Virus record (IMG/VR): IMGVR_UViG_3300020037_008176
Span: 1 to 64,000 of that record
Strand: one strand, 5' to 3'
From: a virus
Lineage: Duplodnaviria > Caudoviricetes
Length of the DNA: 64,000 nt
The stretch's first letter is position 1. Each line of letters starts with the position of its first letter. The notes beneath the pieces were generated by a model. It was not told the origin of the DNA. It ran no database searches and saw nothing but the letters and a program-made list of their open reading frames with translations. Both the position numbers and the translations under genes were made by a program. Shown here in pieces: positions 1-10,348 of this stretch.

Positions 1-115
1 GTTGGCTAGTTTTTCCTACTGCTTTAGCTAATTCCATTTGAGATATACCTTCTTCACCTGCTTTTTCAACTACATCTAACATATCACCTTTCCACGTTCC
101 ACTATATAATTTTTT
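1..115 (-). repeat. Exact inverted copy of 617..731
   Basis: Position i pairs with 732-i for i=1..115 (gttggctagtttttcc... vs ...ggaaaaactagccaac); the match breaks at 116. Confidence 0.95.
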
Positions 116-343
116 GCTTCTAGATTCATTTCAGAATATGATTGGATATTTTATGTTACACCTTCAGGAGTAGATATAGAAGATAATTCAGTTCGTACTA
201 CTGATTCATCTTATAGAAATCAAATCGATCAAACCATTAAATATTTATGTTCTACTAACTTAGATAAAATTAAAAATTTTGGTATAATTAGTGGTTCTAA
301 TGAAGATAGAATAAAACAAATAAAATCTTATTTGAATCTATAA
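116..343 (+). CDS. 3' part of a probable NadR/AAA_28-type P-loop ATPase/kinase (5' end lost at the inverted junction)
   Basis: Open frame ASRFISEYDWIFYVTPSGVDIEDNSVRTTDSSYRNQIDQTIK...IISGSNEDRIKQI...* resembles the YD-x-hhhh...ED-xx-R...I-x-G-xxEER C-terminus of that family; not in ORF track. Confidence 0.55.
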   Translation, partial: ASRFISEYDWIFYVTPSGVDIEDNSVRTTDSSYRNQIDQTIKYLCSTNLDKIKNFGIISGSNEDRIKQIKSYLNL

Positions 344-351
344 TATTTATA
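344..351 (+). promoter_or_regulatory. Putative late promoter TATTTATA (first of about 20 copies; see findings)
   Basis: Same octamer sits shortly upstream of the start codon of many structural and endonuclease genes. Confidence 0.7.
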
Positions 352-367
352 ATAAAAACTTGCTTAA

Positions 368-1225
368 ATGAAACGTAACGAACTCCATAATTTTATTAAA
401 GAAGAAATTATTAATATATTATCTGAAGATGCATCAGCAGATAAAGCAGCTCAAGATGCTAAAAAAGTAGCTATAGATAAAGAAATAGTAGCTTTACAAA
501 AGAAAAAATCAGAAGTAGCTAAATCCCCATCTTCATTAGAAGAAGATAATGTAAATGAAATGGCTCGTACTCCCAATAATGTAAAAGTAGGAGATCCAGC
601 TAAAATGGCTATTGCTAAAAAATTATATAGTGGAACGTGGAAAGGTGATATGTTAGATGTAGTTGAAAAAGCAGGTGAAGAAGGTATATCTCAAATGGAA
701 TTAGCTAAAGCAGTAGGAAAAACTAGCCAACCAGCAATTAACCCATCTGTTAATGAATTTTTAAAAATTGGAGCATTTGCTTTATCTAAAACAACTACTC
801 CTAAAGTAGCCGATAAAGAAGAAACTCCAATAGAAGAACCAGAAAATGATATTGAAGAACCAACATTAGATACTTCTAAAGAAGATGATGAAGATGTTGA
901 AGTAAAAGATGACTGGGAAAAATCAGAAGATGAAGATGAAACACCTGAAGAACCAAAAGCATCAGATATTAAAGCTGTAGAAAAATCAACTGGTGGAAAA
1001 GAATATGCTCAAAAATTATCTCCTGAAGACGAAGAAAAATATTCTAAATTAAGAAAAGGAATTGAATCAAAAGTAAATAAATTAAGAGATATAAGTAAAG
1101 CAAAACGTATAGAATCTGATGATTTTAAAGTATTGAAACAAATAATAAACAGAGACGATGTAAAAAAATTATTCAAAGCTAAAGGAATTGATTTGGCAGA
1201 TATCGTTTCGGATGTAATGGGGTAA
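368..1225 (+). CDS. Acidic putative internal head protein with a winged-helix-like segment
   Basis: N-terminal FIKEEIINILSE helix and LxE sites; GISQMELAKAVGKTSQPAINPSVNEFLKIG resembles a wHTH; long E/D-rich linker. Confidence 0.45.
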   Translation: MKRNELHNFIKEEIINILSEDASADKAAQDAKKVAIDKEIVALQKKKSEVAKSPSSLEEDNVNEMARTPNNVKVGDPAKMAIAKKLYSGTWKGDMLDVVEKAGEEGISQMELAKAVGKTSQPAINPSVNEFLKIGAFALSKTTTPKVADKEETPIEEPENDIEEPTLDTSKEDDEDVEVKDDWEKSEDEDETPEEPKASDIKAVEKSTGGKEYAQKLSPEDEEKYSKLRKGIESKVNKLRDISKAKRIESDDFKVLKQIINRDDVKKLFKAKGIDLADIVSDVMG

Positions 1226-1228
1226 TAA

Positions 1229-1813
1229 ATGAATTGGTCTGAAAACAAAACAAAATTTTATTTTATTATAATTATTATATTATTTTTGATAATTTTATTT
1301 CAAAAATGTGGTGGTGGTAGTATTACTCCATCAGGTAATGATACAATAAGAATTGAATCTGTTACACATGATACTTTTAACCAATTAATTCCTGAATATA
1401 TTCCTAAATGGAAAACTAAAAAAGAATATATCCATGACACTACCAAAATTATAGATACAGCATATGTTATTGGAGATTATTATTCTACTTATTATTATGA
1501 AGATTCTATAAAAGGAGATTCCTTAAAACTATACATCAAAGATTCAATATCTGAAAATAAAATTAAATCTCGCTCAATAAAATATCAATTTATTCTCCCA
1601 ACAGTGAATATAACAAATACTGTGGTAAAAAATAAAGTAGAATTTTATGCCGGAGTAGGTTTAGTAGGTGGAAAAAATGGAATAAATTATTTTGGCCCTG
1701 AATTACTTCTTAGAACTAAAAAACACCAATCATACGGATTAGGTATAGGGATAGATGGTAACTTACAACCTAATTTAAGTCTTAGAACTTATTGGAAATT
1801 AGGAAAAAAATAA
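1229..1813 (+). CDS. Membrane-anchored protein, possible spanin-like lysis protein
   Basis: N-terminal hydrophobic helix ending in FQKC, extended T/D-rich middle, C-terminal amphipathic beta-strands ending YWKLGKK. Confidence 0.45.
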   Translation: MNWSENKTKFYFIIIIILFLIILFQKCGGGSITPSGNDTIRIESVTHDTFNQLIPEYIPKWKTKKEYIHDTTKIIDTAYVIGDYYSTYYYEDSIKGDSLKLYIKDSISENKIKSRSIKYQFILPTVNITNTVVKNKVEFYAGVGLVGGKNGINYFGPELLLRTKKHQSYGLGIGIDGNLQPNLSLRTYWKLGKK

Positions 1814-1814
1814 T

Positions 1815-2435
1815 ATGGTAGGGATTTATAAAATAGTTAATTCTAAAGGAAAAATATATATAGGACAAAGTATTAATATATCTAGAAGATTCAATGAATA
1901 TAAAAGATTAAATTGTAAAAAACAACCAAAATTGTATAATTCATTAATTAAATATGGTTTTGAAAATCATATTTTTGAAATATTAGAAGAATGTTCTTTA
2001 GAACAATTAAATGAAAGAGAAATATATTATAAAATATATTTTAATTCAATAAATGAAGGTTTAAATTGTGAATTATATGATAATGGAATAGGACCTAGAA
2101 ATAAAAAAATAAGAGATAAAATTTCAAAATCTCAAATGGGAAATATTTATAATTTAGGTAAAAAAAGAACTCAAATTACCAAAAATAAACAATCTGAAAT
2201 AGCAAAATCCCAAAAGTGGAGAAAAAATATTGGATTAAAACAAAAAAATATAAAAAAACATTCTCAAGAACACATTAATAAAATGTGTAAAAAAATTATA
2301 GATAATAATACAAATAAAATATACAATAGTTGTAGTGAAGCTAGTCATTATTTAATGATTTCTCCTTCAATAATAACTAATTCTCTTCAAAAAAGATATA
2401 AAGTATCCAAATGGAATTTTTCATATTATGAGTAA
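1815..2435 (+). CDS. GIY-YIG homing endonuclease
   Basis: GIYKI...KIYIGQS, R, E(REIY), LN motifs; NUMOD-like basic C-terminus; overlaps terminase start. Confidence 0.92.
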   Translation: MVGIYKIVNSKGKIYIGQSINISRRFNEYKRLNCKKQPKLYNSLIKYGFENHIFEILEECSLEQLNEREIYYKIYFNSINEGLNCELYDNGIGPRNKKIRDKISKSQMGNIYNLGKKRTQITKNKQSEIAKSQKWRKNIGLKQKNIKKHSQEHINKMCKKIIDNNTNKIYNSCSEASHYLMISPSIITNSLQKRYKVSKWNFSYYE

Positions 2436-4005
2436 TAATCAAGACTTAAAACAAATAATAAGAGATGAATATATCCTTTGTGCAAAAGATCCAGCGCACT
2501 TTATGCGTAAATACTGTAATATACAACACCCCCAAAGAGGTAGAGTAATATTTAATTTATATCCATTTCAAGCAACAGTATTAAATTTATGGAAAGAAAA
2601 TCCATATTCTATTGTATTAAAATCCCGCCAATTAGGTATTTCCACATTAGCCGCAGGTTATTCCCTATGGTTAATGATTTTTCATAAAGACAAAAATGTT
2701 CTTTGTTTAGCTACAAAACAAGAAACAGCCAAAAACATGGTAACCAAGGTAAAATTCATGTATGAAAATTTACCATCATGGTTAAAAGTACCAGCTGACG
2801 AAAATAACAAATTAACTCTAAGATTAAGTAATGGTTCTCAAATCAAAGCTGTTTCAGCTGCTGGTGATGCAGGTCGTTCAGAAGCTGTATCTTTATTAAT
2901 AGTGGATGAGGCTGCATTTATTGAAAATATAGGTGAAATATGGGCTTCAGCTCAACAAACATTAGCAACTGGAGGGGGTGCTATAGTATTATCAACTCCA
3001 TTTGGTACAGGTAATTGGTTCCATCAAACCTGGGTAAAAGCAGAAGCTCAAGAAAACGATTTCTTACCTATAAAATTACCTTGGTATGTTCATCCTGAAA
3101 GAGATGAAGCTTGGAGAAAAAGACAAGATGAATTATTAGGAGACCCAAGATTAGCATCTCAAGAATGTGATTGTGACTTTACCACTTCTGGTGAGGTAGT
3201 TTATTATCCTGAACATTTAGAATATTATTTATCTACATATGTGTCTGAACCTATGGAAAGAAGAGGAGTAGATAAAAATTTATGGATATGGGAAGCAGCA
3301 GATTATACTAAAAATTATATGGTAGTTGCCGATGTTGCTAGAGGAGACGGAAAAGATTATTCAGCATTTCATGTATTTGATTTAGAAACAAACACACAAG
3401 TAGCTGAATATAAAGGACAAATACCCCCAAAGGAATTTGGTTATTTATTATGTGGTATAGCTACAGAATATAATGAAGCAATGTTGGTAGTTGAAAATGC
3501 AACTATTGGATGGTCTACACTTGATGCCATTATAGAAAGAAACTATAGAAATTTATATTATTCACCTAAGAGTGACAACCTAACCTCAGATTCGTACTTT
3601 AGCCAATATGAAGATATATCTAAAATGACTCCTGGTTTTACAATGTCTTTAAGAACTAGACCATTAGTAATTAATAAAGGAAGAGAATATTTAGGTGATC
3701 ATAGCGTTATTATCCGTTCAAAACGTTTGATAGAAGAGATGAAAATTTTCATATGGAAGAATGGAAGAGCAGAAGCTCAATCAGGATATAACGATGATTT
3801 AGTTATGTCTTACAATACTGCAATGTATGTGAGGGACACAGCTTTAAAAAATAAACAACAAGGAATAGAATTAACTAAAGCAGTTTTAAATAATATTTCA
3901 AAACCAACACCATATCAAGGAGCATATTTCGCATCTGGAAGAGATAACCCATATTCTATGAATACAGGTAATAATAATTCCGAAGATATTAGATGGTTAA
4001 TTTAA
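2428..4005 (+). CDS. terL: Terminase large subunit (T4 gp17-like)
   Basis: LYPFQ Q-motif, KSRQLGIST Walker A, LIVDEAAF Walker B, STP coupling motif, ADVARGDGKDYS and NDDLVM nuclease motifs. Confidence 0.96.
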   Translation: MSNNQDLKQIIRDEYILCAKDPAHFMRKYCNIQHPQRGRVIFNLYPFQATVLNLWKENPYSIVLKSRQLGISTLAAGYSLWLMIFHKDKNVLCLATKQETAKNMVTKVKFMYENLPSWLKVPADENNKLTLRLSNGSQIKAVSAAGDAGRSEAVSLLIVDEAAFIENIGEIWASAQQTLATGGGAIVLSTPFGTGNWFHQTWVKAEAQENDFLPIKLPWYVHPERDEAWRKRQDELLGDPRLASQECDCDFTTSGEVVYYPEHLEYYLSTYVSEPMERRGVDKNLWIWEAADYTKNYMVVADVARGDGKDYSAFHVFDLETNTQVAEYKGQIPPKEFGYLLCGIATEYNEAMLVVENATIGWSTLDAIIERNYRNLYYSPKSDNLTSDSYFSQYEDISKMTPGFTMSLRTRPLVINKGREYLGDHSVIIRSKRLIEEMKIFIWKNGRAEAQSGYNDDLVMSYNTAMYVRDTALKNKQQGIELTKAVLNNISKPTPYQGAYFASGRDNPYSMNTGNNNSEDIRWLI

Positions 4006-4017
4006 CAAAACAACAAA

Positions 4018-5886
4018 ATGGCAGATACAAGTGTATTTATTAGATTAAAAAGATTATTTTCTACTGATGTGATTATTCGTAATCAAGGAGGAAATCAAAT
4101 CAAAGTAATGGATGTTGATTCTATCCAAAGAAGTGGTAAATATGAAACCAATTCTTTAATAGATAGATATAGTAGAATTTACTCATCTAATGCAACTTCA
4201 TTATTTGGACAACAATTAAATCTAAATTATCAATATTTAAGACCCCAACTATATTCAGATTATGATGTGATGGATACAGATGCTATTGTAGCATCAGTTT
4301 TAGACATAGTTTCAGATGAATGTTCATTGAAAAATGAAATGGGAGAAGTATTACAGATTAGAAGTTCAGATGAAGATGTACAAAAAATATTATATAATTT
4401 ATTTTATGATGTTTTAAATATTGAATTTAATCTTTGGTCATGGGTTAGACAAATGTGTAAATATGGAGATTTTTTCCTAAAACTAGATATCTCAGAACAG
4501 TTTGGAGTATATAATGTAATTCCTTATACAGCATATCATATTATGCGTCAAGAAGGATATGATCCAAAAGCCCCATCATCAGTAAGATTCCAATTTAGCC
4601 CAGATGGATATACTGGAGGTGGAACAGGATATGTAGTTCCTAATCAAAACAATGCAAACACAGGAATATTTTTTGAAAATTATGAGATGGCTCATTTTAG
4701 ATTATTAACAGATGTTAATTATCTTCCTTATGGTCGTTCATATATAGAACCAGCTCGTAAATTATTTAAACAATATACGTTAATGGAAGATGCTATGTTA
4801 ATACATAGAATATCTAGAGCCCCAGAAAAACGTGTATTCTATATAAATGTAGGTGCTATTCCACCAAATGAAGTGGAAAGCTTTATGCAAAAAACAATTG
4901 CAACTATGAAAAAAACACCGTATATAGATCAAACCACAGGTGAATATAATCTTAAATATAATATGCAAAACATGTTAGAAGATTTTTATATCCCAGTTCG
5001 TGGTAATGATACTACAACTAAAATTGATACTACTAAAGGTTTAGATTATGATGGGATTAAAGATGTTGAATATTTAAGAGATAAATTATTCGCAGCCCTT
5101 AAAGTACCTAAAGCATTTATGGGTTATGAAAAAGATTTAACTGGTAAAGCTACATTAGCAGCAGAAGATATTCGTTTTGCTCGTACAATAGATAGAATCC
5201 AAAGAATTATCCTCTCAGAATTATATAAAATAGCTTTAGTTCATTTATATACTCAAGGATATAGAGGAGAAACATTAACTAATTTTGAAATATCATTAAC
5301 TACCCCATCAATTATATATGATCAAGAACGCATATTGTTGATGAAAGAAAAAGTAGAATTAGCTAAAACCATTATGGAAGCTCAATTATTACCAACAGAT
5401 TGGATTTACCACAATATATTCCACTTTAGTGAAGATCAATTTGATGAATACAGAGATCTTATTTTACAAGATGCTAAACGTAGATTCAGATTAGCTCAGG
5501 TTACTGAAGAAGGAAATGACCCTCAAGAAACAGGAAAATCATATGGAACACCTCACGATTTAGCTGCTTTATATGGTAAAGGAAGAACAATATCTGACCC
5601 AGCAAATACACCAACAGGATATAATAGTGATTTAGACCTAGGTCGTCCAGTAACAAAGTCATCTAATATAGATACTCAACAAGATCCTTTAGGAAGAGAT
5701 AGACTAGGTAAAAAAGTAATGAAACATGATGATCAACCAGATTATAATTCAAGATCACTTAATGAAAATACTCAAAATGTATATTTAAAAAACAAACAAT
5801 TTCTTAATGAAATTGAAAAAAAATTAGTATATCAAACTGATAAGTCAAAAGAATCATTACTTGATGAGACTAAATTGCGAGATTAA
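4018..5886 (+). CDS. Portal protein (T4 gp20-like)
   Basis: LMEDAMLIHRISRAPEKRVFYINVG, MLEDFYIPVRG, ALKVP motifs; follows terminase. Confidence 0.96.
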   Translation: MADTSVFIRLKRLFSTDVIIRNQGGNQIKVMDVDSIQRSGKYETNSLIDRYSRIYSSNATSLFGQQLNLNYQYLRPQLYSDYDVMDTDAIVASVLDIVSDECSLKNEMGEVLQIRSSDEDVQKILYNLFYDVLNIEFNLWSWVRQMCKYGDFFLKLDISEQFGVYNVIPYTAYHIMRQEGYDPKAPSSVRFQFSPDGYTGGGTGYVVPNQNNANTGIFFENYEMAHFRLLTDVNYLPYGRSYIEPARKLFKQYTLMEDAMLIHRISRAPEKRVFYINVGAIPPNEVESFMQKTIATMKKTPYIDQTTGEYNLKYNMQNMLEDFYIPVRGNDTTTKIDTTKGLDYDGIKDVEYLRDKLFAALKVPKAFMGYEKDLTGKATLAAEDIRFARTIDRIQRIILSELYKIALVHLYTQGYRGETLTNFEISLTTPSIIYDQERILLMKEKVELAKTIMEAQLLPTDWIYHNIFHFSEDQFDEYRDLILQDAKRRFRLAQVTEEGNDPQETGKSYGTPHDLAALYGKGRTISDPANTPTGYNSDLDLGRPVTKSSNIDTQQDPLGRDRLGKKVMKHDDQPDYNSRSLNENTQNVYLKNKQFLNEIEKKLVYQTDKSKESLLDETKLRD

Positions 5887-5924
5887 AATTTCCTTATATA
5901 TTTATAACAAAAATACAAACTTAG

Positions 5925-6785
5925 ATGTTGATTAAACATTCAAAATTTAAAAACACTGGTATATTATTTGAACTTTTAGTAAGACAAATAACCACAGATA
6001 CTTTATCCGGTAAAACTTCTGAAGCAACTAATATTCTAAAAAAATATTTTAGTAAAACAGAATTAGGTCGTGAATATAAATTATATGAAAGTTTATTAAA
6101 AAGAACTAACCTTACAGAAGGTAAAGCTGAATTAGTAATCAATGCTGTACTAGAAAGTGCTAGACAACTAAATCGCTCATTACTTAAAAGACAAAAATAT
6201 AATTTAATTAATGAAATAAAAAATCATTATAATTTAGAGGAATTTTTCAAAACCAAACTCCCTCAATATAAATACCAAGCTTCAATATATACTTTAATTG
6301 AATCTTATAGTAATGATAAAAAACTTATCCACGAACAAATCATTAATAATAAATTAGTCTTATTAGAATACTTAACTTCTAATACAACTAAACCCTCATT
6401 ATCAGAAAACTCAATCTCAGAATTTTCCAAACATGATAAAGATACTCGTTTTTTAGCTTATAAAATATTATTAGAAAAATTTAATTCAAAATACGCTGAG
6501 TTCAGTTCTAATAAAAAATTAATTCTAAAAGAATATATAAACATTGCTGATAATGTAGTTAGATTGAAAGAATTTTATAATGGTAAAATTGTTGAATTTA
6601 AGAAAGAAATTACTTCATTAAATAATAAAACATCCAACCCAGTTACTAAAATTAAAATAAATGAGATTACTAATTTTTTAGTTGAATTGGATAAAAACGA
6701 TAAAATAACTAATGAACATATAGTAAATTTACTACAGTATTGTGATTTAGTAGAAGAATTAACTAAAATGAATAATGGAAAGTAA
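5925..6785 (+). CDS. Hypothetical head-module protein
   Basis: 286-aa helical ORF between portal and protease with its own TATTTATA (5899-5906). Confidence 0.6.
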   Translation: MLIKHSKFKNTGILFELLVRQITTDTLSGKTSEATNILKKYFSKTELGREYKLYESLLKRTNLTEGKAELVINAVLESARQLNRSLLKRQKYNLINEIKNHYNLEEFFKTKLPQYKYQASIYTLIESYSNDKKLIHEQIINNKLVLLEYLTSNTTKPSLSENSISEFSKHDKDTRFLAYKILLEKFNSKYAEFSSNKKLILKEYINIADNVVRLKEFYNGKIVEFKKEITSLNNKTSNPVTKIKINEITNFLVELDKNDKITNEHIVNLLQYCDLVEELTKMNNGK

Positions 6786-7593
6786 AACTAATAGTGGAGG
6801 GTTTGATACTAAACAATCTGGGGTAAATCCTGAAACAGGAGAAATCACATGGGATGTTTCATATAAGGCTAATTATTCATTATTATATAAAATGTTTAAA
6901 AATCTTAACAAGACATTTAAGGATTTTATAACAGATGAAGAAATAAGAAAAGATCCCAAATTCAAAGAAATACATAAAGGATTTACTTATTTATGGAATC
7001 AATTCAAATCTCATTTACGAGCAAATTATCCAAAACAATATAAACAACTTCAATTGATGAATGAGAATGAGATTAAAGAACTCATTAAAAATCATTTAAA
7101 AGAAGAAAGCTCAACAGGAGCTGGTGGTGAAGCAGGTCACTTTGAACCAGGAGAAGGAGCCCAATACGCAACTCCAAATGCATATAATCCTGATAAATCA
7201 GCTGAAGGAGCTCAAAATGTTTATTATTATAAATTAGGATGGAAAGCTGTTAATAAAAATAAACTTAGAAAATCAGCAAAAGGAATAGAAGTAAAAGATT
7301 TATGGACTGAGAATCAAGATTCACAATCATATGTTGATTCATTAAATCTACAAGACCCAGCATTAAAACAATTTGTTAATACTAGAATAACTGATTTTGA
7401 TAAAATTGAAGATAAATTAAATACATTATTACCATTGTTGAAAAAAGCAAAAACAGAAACAATGGATTATTACAAAACCAACCCCAATTTTGAAGTTAAG
7501 TTTGGTACAGATTTAGCCTCAGATTATTTAGACGATTTAATAACATTATTTAAAGATAAAACTATAAATGAAAACCCTACAGGAACACTATAA
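6775..7593 (+). CDS. Putative internal head protein
   Basis: IKELIKNHLKEE helix and xxE sites; head-module position. Confidence 0.5.
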   Translation: MESKTNSGGFDTKQSGVNPETGEITWDVSYKANYSLLYKMFKNLNKTFKDFITDEEIRKDPKFKEIHKGFTYLWNQFKSHLRANYPKQYKQLQLMNENEIKELIKNHLKEESSTGAGGEAGHFEPGEGAQYATPNAYNPDKSAEGAQNVYYYKLGWKAVNKNKLRKSAKGIEVKDLWTENQDSQSYVDSLNLQDPALKQFVNTRITDFDKIEDKLNTLLPLLKKAKTETMDYYKTNPNFEVKFGTDLASDYLDDLITLFKDKTINENPTGTL

Positions 7594-9052
7594 TTCAATT
7601 CAAAATGGTAAAGGAAATAAATCACAATTCCTAAAACAAGCCCGTCAATTGTTTCCTCAACACATTACTCAATATTTAGACTTTGATACTTCAGTAAGAG
7701 TATTAAAATCTAAACAAATTATTAATGAAGCAGTAGGTGGTGTTGTTTCTAAAGGATTTGACATTTGGGATTGGAAAAAGATTTTAAATGAAGAAGTTAA
7801 AGCTGAAGAAAAAGAAACATCTAAAGAAGTTAAAGACGCTAACAAAAATGCCTTCCAACCATCAGACATGAAAAATGCTGATAATATTAATTTCAATGAA
7901 ATTATGAAAGGTTTTTATGCTGAATTAAAAGATGAAAAAAATCATGATAAAACAGCAGAAGAAATTAAAGCTATAGTTGTTAAAAATTTAGCTAAAGATC
8001 CTTTATATTATACTAAAGATGGGGAATTTGGGACTAAAGGTGTAGGATACACAACTGAAGCTCCAGGTTTGGGTGAACCAAAACCAGCTAAAGGTCCTCA
8101 TAAATCAAGTGGATATGGTGATTTGGATACTGATAAAAAAGTTGAAAAGGTAAAAGCCAATGTTCAAGATTCATTGGGTGAAAAAGAAGCTAAAACTTCT
8201 AATCCATCTAAAGTAAAAGAAATGGATGTAACACCTCAAAATTCACCTGGTGTTAAAAAAATGAAAATGCCTGGTGCTGAGAAAAAAATTAAATTACAAG
8301 AAGGCTTTAAAGCGTCACAATATGATAATATGTCTGATAAGGACCTTATCAATTGGGCTAAAGAAGATGGAATGGAAGATTTTATTGAATATAATGAAGT
8401 TGGAGAACTTAATCGTGAAGGATTACTAAAATATCTTTTAGGAAAAGAAATAGACCCAGAAGATTTAGGTGACTTTGATTATGATACAAGAAAAGATGAA
8501 ATAGAATGGTTTTATGATGATCTAGATCCAGCAGGAGGAAGAGGTTTATCTAGTCATTTAGAAGAAGCTATTAATAAAAAATACACCCACTTTGCTGTTC
8601 GTAAATCAGATAATGCAATTGTAAATGGTTGGGAATATAAAAATTTAGATAATGAAAGTATCAAAGAATACTCTAAAATGGATCTTAAAGACCAATTCCC
8701 AGAATCAAAACCATCTGAATTTACCATTATTACTAAAGCAGCTATAGAAAGAAAAGGAATTGATCCATTCGATACTAAAAATTGGTATAAAGAAGGGATT
8801 GCTGAAAATGATATTTATAATGTAGCAGGTAATCCTGATGAAGAAGCAAATTATAAAAAATCCCGCATAACTATCTTAGATCCAATTACAGCTCAAATAG
8901 CAGATTTAGAACAAGAATTAATTAGTACAATTGATCCTGAACGTAAAGCTGAACTTGAAATGAAAATTAAAGAATTACAAGCTGGATTACAAGAAGAAAA
9001 AGTTCGTAATATAATAAAAGAAATTATCCAAGAAGAATTAAATAAAAGATAA
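7568..9052 (+). CDS. Putative internal head (core) protein, modular
   Basis: Repeated (L/I)xE sites (LQE, INE, LNE, LQE, LEE, IAE) and C-terminal VRNIIKEIIQEEL; immediately upstream of protease. Confidence 0.55.
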   Translation: MKTLQEHYNSIQNGKGNKSQFLKQARQLFPQHITQYLDFDTSVRVLKSKQIINEAVGGVVSKGFDIWDWKKILNEEVKAEEKETSKEVKDANKNAFQPSDMKNADNINFNEIMKGFYAELKDEKNHDKTAEEIKAIVVKNLAKDPLYYTKDGEFGTKGVGYTTEAPGLGEPKPAKGPHKSSGYGDLDTDKKVEKVKANVQDSLGEKEAKTSNPSKVKEMDVTPQNSPGVKKMKMPGAEKKIKLQEGFKASQYDNMSDKDLINWAKEDGMEDFIEYNEVGELNREGLLKYLLGKEIDPEDLGDFDYDTRKDEIEWFYDDLDPAGGRGLSSHLEEAINKKYTHFAVRKSDNAIVNGWEYKNLDNESIKEYSKMDLKDQFPESKPSEFTIITKAAIERKGIDPFDTKNWYKEGIAENDIYNVAGNPDEEANYKKSRITILDPITAQIADLEQELISTIDPERKAELEMKIKELQAGLQEEKVRNIIKEIIQEELNKR

Positions 9053-9053
9053 T

Positions 9054-9656
9054 ATGAGACCATTACTTATAGAAACAACCCCATTTAACATCTCTCCAAA
9101 AATGTTAAATGAATCTCGTGATAGAGTATCTGGCAATCCAATAGTTGAAGGTATTTTAGCTACTTGTGAAATTAAAAATGGTAATGGGAGATATTATTCT
9201 AAAGAATTATGGGAAAGAGAAATAGATAAATACTTAAAATTAGTTAATGAAAATAGAGCATTAGGAGAACTTGACCATCCAGATTCACAAGTAATTAATT
9301 TAAAAAACGTATCTCATAATATCAAAAAACTTTGGTGGGATGGTGATAATGTAATTGGAGCGATAGAAATATTACCAACTCCATCAGGAAATATACTAAA
9401 ATCATTAATTGAAAACAATATTAAAGTAGGTGTTTCATCTAGAGGAATGGGGAGTTTAAAACAAGTAGGAGAAATATTAGAAGTACAAGATGATTTTGAA
9501 TTATTATGTTGGGATTTTGTTTCAACACCTTCAAATCCAGGCTCATATATGGCTCCAATACATGAAGGACTAAATCCAACAATAAATCCATATGAAAAAA
9601 TAAATAATATAGTAACAGAAATATTATGTGCTAATGGATCTTGTCCAATAATGTAA
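9054..9656 (+). CDS. Prohead core protease (T4 gp21-like)
   Basis: KNGNGRYY, ALGELDHP, VSH, GVSSRGMGS, WDFVSTPS motifs. Confidence 0.96.
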   Translation: MRPLLIETTPFNISPKMLNESRDRVSGNPIVEGILATCEIKNGNGRYYSKELWEREIDKYLKLVNENRALGELDHPDSQVINLKNVSHNIKKLWWDGDNVIGAIEILPTPSGNILKSLIENNIKVGVSSRGMGSLKQVGEILEVQDDFELLCWDFVSTPSNPGSYMAPIHEGLNPTINPYEKINNIVTEILCANGSCPIM

Positions 9657-9686
9657 TACCCCTTTTAATATAGAATATTAAAATCG

Positions 9687-9716
9687 AAGCGCTTCAAAAA
9701 GAAGTGCTTTTCTTTT
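9687..9716 (+). terminator. Intrinsic terminator after protease
   Basis: AAGCGCTTC-aaaaa-GAAGTGCTT followed by ttctttt. Confidence 0.8.
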
Positions 9717-9751
9717 ACCAACTTTTCGACTTTAAATATTTATAATAAAAA

Positions 9752-10348
9752 ATGAAAATTTGTAGTAAATGTAAAATAGAAAAGGATATAAAATATTTTA
9801 ATAAAGATAAAAAAAGTAAAGATGGTTGTACATATTGGTGTAAAGAATGTTTATATGGTAATAATAATATTTGGGTAAAATCTAATTCTGAATATCATAA
9901 GAATTGGTATAAATTAAATCCTGATTATTATAAAGAAAAGTATTTAATACACAAATTATTCCAACCCAAATTTACCCCTAAAACAAAAGATCAAAAACGA
10001 GAATATATTAGAAATTATCAAAAAAATAAAAAATTAATAGATCCATTATATAATTTTTCAACAAATCTTAGAGTAAGAATTAATCATGCTTTTAGAAGAA
10101 CAAAATGGAAAAAAGAAGGTAAAACAGAAAAATTATTAGGATGTAATTTTGAATTTGGGATTAAACATATTGAAAATTTATTTACTGAAGGTATGAATTG
10201 GGGAAATTATGGTAAGTGGCATATTGACCATATAATTCCATTATCAAGTGCTAAAAATGAAGAAGAATTAACCAAATTATGTCATTATACTAATTTACAA
10301 CCATTGTGGGCTTCAGATAATATAATAAAAGGAAAAAAATTTTTTTAA
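9752..10348 (+). CDS. HNH homing endonuclease with N-terminal Cys4 zinc finger
   Basis: CSKC...CKEC; LLGC...MNWGNYGKWHIDHIIP...HYTNLQPLWASDN. Confidence 0.9.
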   Translation: MKICSKCKIEKDIKYFNKDKKSKDGCTYWCKECLYGNNNIWVKSNSEYHKNWYKLNPDYYKEKYLIHKLFQPKFTPKTKDQKREYIRNYQKNKKLIDPLYNFSTNLRVRINHAFRRTKWKKEGKTEKLLGCNFEFGIKHIENLFTEGMNWGNYGKWHIDHIIPLSSAKNEEELTKLCHYTNLQPLWASDNIIKGKKFF

